Positions 59,550-64,000 of a stretch of 64,000 bases of DNA are shown here, in pieces. Position 1 is the stretch's first letter, and each line of letters starts with the position of its first letter. The stretch spans positions 480,001 to 544,000 of the forward strand of contig CBDCDZ010000004.1 of the NCBI GenBank assembly GCA_965215565.1, in the 5' to 3' direction. The DNA is from Trueperaceae bacterium. Lineage in GTDB: Bacteria > Deinococcota > Deinococci > Deinococcales > Trueperaceae. The position numbers and the translations under genes were made by a program. The notes under the pieces are model-generated. The model was not told the DNA's origin. It saw only the letters and a program-made list of their open reading frames with translations, and did no database searches.

Positions 59550-60104
59550 ATGAATACTCGAGACTTTCTCACCACCCTAGACCCTTACCAAGACCGCGCC
59601 CTCACCTTTGAGATAGGGGGTGAAATAGGGGGCGAGATAGAGGACGGGCGCATCCAACCCGGCTATCACGTCACCGAAGTCAAAGCGGTGAGCGTTCGCA
59701 GCGTGGACTGCGGCGGACAGGAGAGCGCTTGGGCTGAAACCGTCGTTCAACTCTGGACGCCTGAACGCTCAAACGAACACGCCATGAGCGTCGGCAAGTT
59801 CTTGAGCATTTACCGCCGCGCAGCGTCGCGTGTTCCTACCGAAGAGGATGCGGAGGTGAGGCTCGAGGTTGGCGAGCACGGCGCGCCCGCCGTCAGCTAC
59901 TTTGCCACAAACATCCGAGCCGAAGGTCAAGAGGTCGTCGTGAAGCTGGAGCCACCCTTCGTGGCGTGTAAAGCGTTGGGGACCCCAAGCCTCACGACGC
60001 TCGAGAACGCGGCGGATGACCTTCCCGTTATCCGTAGAGCCTCCGACTGCTGCACGCCCCCTTCAGCGCAAAAGTCAACGAAACAAGGCGCGTGCTGTGG
60101 CTAG
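59550..60104 (+). CDS. DUF6428-type Cys-rich protein of ars operons
   Basis: GYHVTEVK.....VDCGG....W.ET.VQLW, ACK, two CC pairs near the C-terminus. Confidence 0.78.
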   Translation: MNTRDFLTTLDPYQDRALTFEIGGEIGGEIEDGRIQPGYHVTEVKAVSVRSVDCGGQESAWAETVVQLWTPERSNEHAMSVGKFLSIYRRAASRVPTEEDAEVRLEVGEHGAPAVSYFATNIRAEGQEVVVKLEPPFVACKALGTPSLTTLENAADDLPVIRRASDCCTPPSAQKSTKQGACCG

Positions 60105-61197
60105 CTCCGCCACTCAAACTAAACCTATGCGCGTCGGTCTTTTCATGCAGCCCGTCCATCACCCCAGCGAGAACCCGACATTGGCCTTGGAGCGCGACTT
60201 GCAACTCACCGAACATCTGGACACGCTCGGCTACGACGAGGTGTGGATAGGCGAGCACCATTCGACGGGCTGGGAGACCATCGCCTCACCTGACGTGTTC
60301 ATCATGGCGGCGGCGGCGCGAACGCGCCACATAGAGCTGGGCAGCGGCGTCGTGCCGCTCTCCTTGCACCACCCCTTGCTCGTCGCGGACACCTACGCGC
60401 TGTTGGACCATCTGACGAGAGGGCGCGTGATGCTGGGCATGGGACCAGGCGGCGGCTTGCCGAGTGACCCTCACGTGTTCGGTTTGGATAAAGAGGGGCA
60501 GCACCGCCGCTACGTCGCCACTCTGGACGCGATTTACCAGCTTCTCACCTCCACCGAGCCGCTGAGCTTGGAGACCGAGTGGTTCACCTTGCGCGACGCC
60601 GTGCTGCAACTCAGACCTTACACACATCCGCACATGCCCCTGGCGCTCGTCACCGGCACGAACCGGGACACCTTAGCGCGCATCGGACGCTACGGCGCAC
60701 GCTGGTTTGTCGGGACGAGCTTGGATAACTTCGAGGAGGCTTGGGCAGTCGTTGAGCACAGTGCGCAAGAGATTGGACGCAAAGCAGACCGTTTCGACGC
60801 CTATCTCCCCGTGACGATGCACCTCTCTGAAACGCGCGAGCAGGCTATAGACGACATCCGGGCGGGCGCGGCGCAGGAGCGCTACGACTTCTCTACACCC
60901 GTTACGGGCTCTCCCCAACCTGACGTGCCGCGCGAGGCGTGGGCGGAGCACCTCGCCGAGAGACCGACGAGCCTCATCGGGACGCCCGACGACGCGCTAG
61001 CAAAGATTCGCGCGCTGCGGGAGAAAACAGGCGCGGGCGGGCTGCTCATCACGAGCAAAGAGTGGGCGTCGCGTGAGGCGAGTTGGAAAAGCTACGAGCG
61101 TTTCGCCCGCTACGTGATGTCCGAGTTGACAGGCTCGCTTGAGGGGCTGAAAAAAGCTGAAGCGGTGGCTAAGCGGTTAGTGGAGCAGGCGTCCTAG
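60097..61197 (+). CDS. LLM (luciferase-like) flavin-dependent monooxygenase
   Basis: G.FMQP.H, LGYDE.WIGEHH..GWE.I..P, LG.GV..L..HHP, LDHLTRGR; start GTG 60097 or ATG 60127. Confidence 0.9.
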   Translation: MASSATQTKPMRVGLFMQPVHHPSENPTLALERDLQLTEHLDTLGYDEVWIGEHHSTGWETIASPDVFIMAAAARTRHIELGSGVVPLSLHHPLLVADTYALLDHLTRGRVMLGMGPGGGLPSDPHVFGLDKEGQHRRYVATLDAIYQLLTSTEPLSLETEWFTLRDAVLQLRPYTHPHMPLALVTGTNRDTLARIGRYGARWFVGTSLDNFEEAWAVVEHSAQEIGRKADRFDAYLPVTMHLSETREQAIDDIRAGAAQERYDFSTPVTGSPQPDVPREAWAEHLAERPTSLIGTPDDALAKIRALREKTGAGGLLITSKEWASREASWKSYERFARYVMSELTGSLEGLKKAEAVAKRLVEQAS

Positions 61198-61201
61198 CGG
61201 C

Positions 61202-62407
61202 GTGGCGCACGGCTGGCGCACCGCTTGGGCTCTAGCCGTAACGCAGACGGTAGGCTACGGCGTCCTTTACTACACCTTTAGCGTCATGGTCGCGCCGATG
61301 GAGCGCGAGCTTGGCTGGTCGAGGAGCGAACTCTCAGGCGCGTTTTCGTTGGCGCTGCTCCTCTCCGGTCTCGTCGCGGTGCCGGTAGGTAGCTGGGTAG
61401 ACAAACATGGGGCGCGGGGGGTGATGACGTGGGGCTCGAGCCTCGGTGCGCTGCTCTTACTCGCCTGGTCGTTCGTCACGAACCTCACCGCGTTCTATCT
61501 CATTCAAGCGGGTATCGGGCTGGTGATGGCGGCAGTCCTCTACGAAGTGGCCTTTACAGTCATCGCGGTGTGGTTCCGGCGCGAACGCACCGCTAGGGCG
61601 CGGGCGATGCTCCTGGTCACGATGGTGGGAGGATTGGCGAGCACGATTTTCGTTCCGCTCGCCACCTTTTTGGTCGAGGTGATGACCTGGCGCGAGGCGC
61701 TTAGAGTACTCGCACTCGTCTTGGCAATCGTGACAGTCCCGCTTCACGCGCGCGTGCTGCGGCGTCCGCTAGTATTCAGCAACGCGGACTCGAGCACCTC
61801 GAGCGTACGCCGACGAGACATCAGCCCTACCGAAGCCCTGCGCGCCCCGACCTTCTGGTGGCTCACCTGCGCCTTCGCACTCGGCCGCGCTGCAACCGTC
61901 ACCATCGCCGCACACGGCGTTCCCCTTCTGACGGGTCGCGGCTATTCGCCCTCGCTCGTCGCGGCGGCGGTGGGGTTAGTCGGGCTCATGCAGGTCCTCG
62001 GGCGTTTTGTCTTCACACCGCTCATGGCGGTCGTTTCCCTCCGCACCTTGAGCGCTTTCACCTTCTGTCTTCACGCGCTGGCGCTCACCTCTTTGCTCGT
62101 GATCTCGAGCGCCTGGAGCATCTGGCTCTTCGCCGCCCTTTTCGGCGCGGCAAATGGCGCGAGCACCCTCGCTAGGGCTGCGCTCATCGCGGAGATTTAC
62201 GGGTCGGCGCATTACGGCAGCATCAGCGGCAGCATGGCGACGGTGATCGCCGCCGCGCAGACCGCCGCGCCTCTCTGCGCGGGCGTCCTTTTTGACCTCA
62301 CGGGAGACTATATGCTCGTCCTTTGGGGGCTCACGCTCAGCACGCTCCTTGCAGCGGTGGCAGTGATGCGGGTACGCGTCGTTGACGTGCTGGGCTACAC
62401 CAATTGA
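61202..62407 (+). CDS. MFS transporter (ArsK-like)
   Basis: ALA.TQT.GYG.LYY.F, LYE.AF, GGLASTIF.P, YG.I.G; about 12 TM segments. Confidence 0.85.
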   Translation: MAHGWRTAWALAVTQTVGYGVLYYTFSVMVAPMERELGWSRSELSGAFSLALLLSGLVAVPVGSWVDKHGARGVMTWGSSLGALLLLAWSFVTNLTAFYLIQAGIGLVMAAVLYEVAFTVIAVWFRRERTARARAMLLVTMVGGLASTIFVPLATFLVEVMTWREALRVLALVLAIVTVPLHARVLRRPLVFSNADSSTSSVRRRDISPTEALRAPTFWWLTCAFALGRAATVTIAAHGVPLLTGRGYSPSLVAAAVGLVGLMQVLGRFVFTPLMAVVSLRTLSAFTFCLHALALTSLLVISSAWSIWLFAALFGAANGASTLARAALIAEIYGSAHYGSISGSMATVIAAAQTAAPLCAGVLFDLTGDYMLVLWGLTLSTLLAAVAVMRVRVVDVLGYTN

Positions 62408-62445
62408 AGAGGTCAGGGAAGGGTGCACAACACTTTGCGCTCGTC

Positions 62446-63600
62446 TTATTCCCGCGCCATCGCTACCGCCACCGGAATCCGCGCCGCCCGCGCCGCAGGT
62501 AAGAGCCCTGAGCCCAGCCCCATCACGAGCGCAATCGCCACCGCGAAGAGCACCAAGCGCAGCGTCAACGCTGCCACCTCCAAGCCGATGAGGTCATCCG
62601 TGATGCGGTTGATCGCGAGGATGCCGAGCCGTCCGAGCAGCACGCCGAACGCCGCCCCGACAAAACTCAGCAGTGTGGACTCGGCGAGCACCAGCCCGAA
62701 CAAAAAGCGCGGCTTCGCGCCCAAAGCCCGCACCACGCCGAACTCCCGCGTGCGCTCGAACACGCTCATCAAGACGGTATTCGCCACCGCAATCGCCCCG
62801 ACGATGAGCGCAATCGCGCTGATGCCGAGCCGCACCACGTCGCTGATCTGGATGCCTTTTTCGATGACGCCCAAGACCTCACCTCTCGTTTGGAAGCCCA
62901 GCTCCGGGTAGGCTGCGGAGAGCGCTTGCGCGGTCTCTTCCGCCCTGGCGGGCTCCGCTAAGTCGAGCGCGAAGAAGGTCACGCGGTCCGGGATGCCGAT
63001 GGCGTTTTGCAAGAGCGTAAGCGGAACCAGAATCGCATTGTCGATGAGCCCACCCCCCGAGCGAGCGATGCCGACGATCTGAAAGGTGTTTTCGGGGTTG
63101 AGGCGCAAGGTGTCGCCGATGCTCAGCTCGTTGCGCTCCGCCGTCTGCACGCCGACGACGGCTACCTTGGCGTCTCTATCGTCCGCCGTCAGCCCGCGCC
63201 CCTCTATCACCTCGAAGTCGTAGTAGATTGCGCCTACGTCCGTCTCCGGCGGCAAACCCTGAAAGAGAAAGGAGCTGCTGAGGCTGAAGCCGCCCCGCGC
63301 GTAGAGAAGAAGCGGCGTCACGTCGGTGATGCCATACGTTTGGGCGTCGGCGCGGAGTTCGTCGGCGTAGCGAAGCGGCAGCTCGGGCACGGCGGTCAGC
63401 GAGGTCGCGTCGAAGGGACCGAAGCTCACCTGCAAATCGGGTCCGATGTTGCCGATTTCGGTAGCGAAGACCTGCCGCAACCCCTCCCCGAGCGAGAGGA
63501 AGATAACCGTTGAGCCCACCGCGACGGCGATGCCCAAAGCAGTTAAAAAGGTGCGCAGCGGGCGCAGGCGGAGCGAGTTGAGGGCGAGAGGCCAGATCAT
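62446..63600 (-). CDS. MacB/FtsX-type ABC transporter permease
   Basis: RT.LT.LGIA..V, NT.LMSV.ERTREFG..RALGA, PA.RAA. Confidence 0.92.
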   Translation of the reverse strand: MIWPLALNSLRLRPLRTFLTALGIAVAVGSTVIFLSLGEGLRQVFATEIGNIGPDLQVSFGPFDATSLTAVPELPLRYADELRADAQTYGITDVTPLLLYARGGFSLSSSFLFQGLPPETDVGAIYYDFEVIEGRGLTADDRDAKVAVVGVQTAERNELSIGDTLRLNPENTFQIVGIARSGGGLIDNAILVPLTLLQNAIGIPDRVTFFALDLAEPARAEETAQALSAAYPELGFQTRGEVLGVIEKGIQISDVVRLGISAIALIVGAIAVANTVLMSVFERTREFGVVRALGAKPRFLFGLVLAESTLLSFVGAAFGVLLGRLGILAINRITDDLIGLEVAALTLRLVLFAVAIALVMGLGSGLLPAARAARIPVAVAMARE

Positions 63601-63912
63601 GAAAGGATCACACGTCAGTCTATGACCTCACCTCTTTACCTGTGAGATTCGGCGTTACGGTTGTCAGAGGCGTCTCAGCGGATCAGCATGTTATACGAGG
63701 TTGCATGGCTTAGTTTGCAAAATTAAGTCATGTCCTTCACGGATGGGACGTAAACTCGGCGCGACCCACTAGCTAAAGCTGAGTCGCTGAAAAGCTCTAT
63801 GCACAAAGTATTGCGAAGCAACGCCCTCAGTAAGGGTAAGTAAACCATGCAATTCCGTATTAGCTGGTCAGGAAAACTCAAAAACCTGAAGTGCTGACCT
63901 GCTGAAATGCTC

Positions 63913-64000
63913 CTAAGGCAGGGCGCGTCCTGTCACCTGCCCGTCCGCGCCCAGTGTCCCTCTGTCCTCGCCGTCAACAGCGAGGCTCACGCCGCCGCCG
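63913..64000 (-). CDS. 3' end of a CDS entering from the window edge (RodZ/DUF4115-like C-terminus)
   Basis: GGGVSLAVDGEDRGTLGADGQVTGRALP* in frame to TAG at 63913-63915. Confidence 0.4.
   Translation of the reverse strand, partial: GGGVSLAVDGEDRGTLGADGQVTGRALP

Overview
GC-rich bacterial chromosomal window. A Deinococcota (Truepera-like) origin is my inference from pervasive leaderless promoters, Deinococcus SRE-like repeats and gene content. In order it holds: a sugar dehydrogenase lipoprotein; a coxG-S-L-M-like (form II motif) molybdenum hydroxylase operon followed by a 5'-truncated, frameshifted TIM-barrel pseudogene; M48 protease/YjgN genes; and a purine (urate to glyoxylate) catabolic cluster with a plant-type ureidoglycolate amidohydrolase and several unexplained passenger genes. 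These are followed by ppk1, cidA/lrgB, PEGA and beta-barrel envelope genes, msrB, an Mrr-type nuclease, gluQ and a general-stress membrane operon. Next come a leuC-leuD-leuB operon interrupted by accessory genes and preceded by a leaderless leader-peptide attenuator, speA, an acidic lipoprotein plus S8 protease, GH42 beta-galactosidase, pstSCAB, a LOV-GGDEF-EAL protein, an ArsR-led operon with an LLM monooxygenase and MFS pump, and an ABC permease. I saw no rRNA, tRNA, transposase or CRISPR array. Intergenic DNA is unusually rich in structured non-coding repeats: a six-copy modular TAGCAG..CTGCTA element family, SRE-like elements, a 2-3 copy covarying multi-stem element, REP-like hairpins and heptamer hairpins. 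There is also a candidate anti-SD sRNA. All family assignments are from visual motif recognition; no searches were run.
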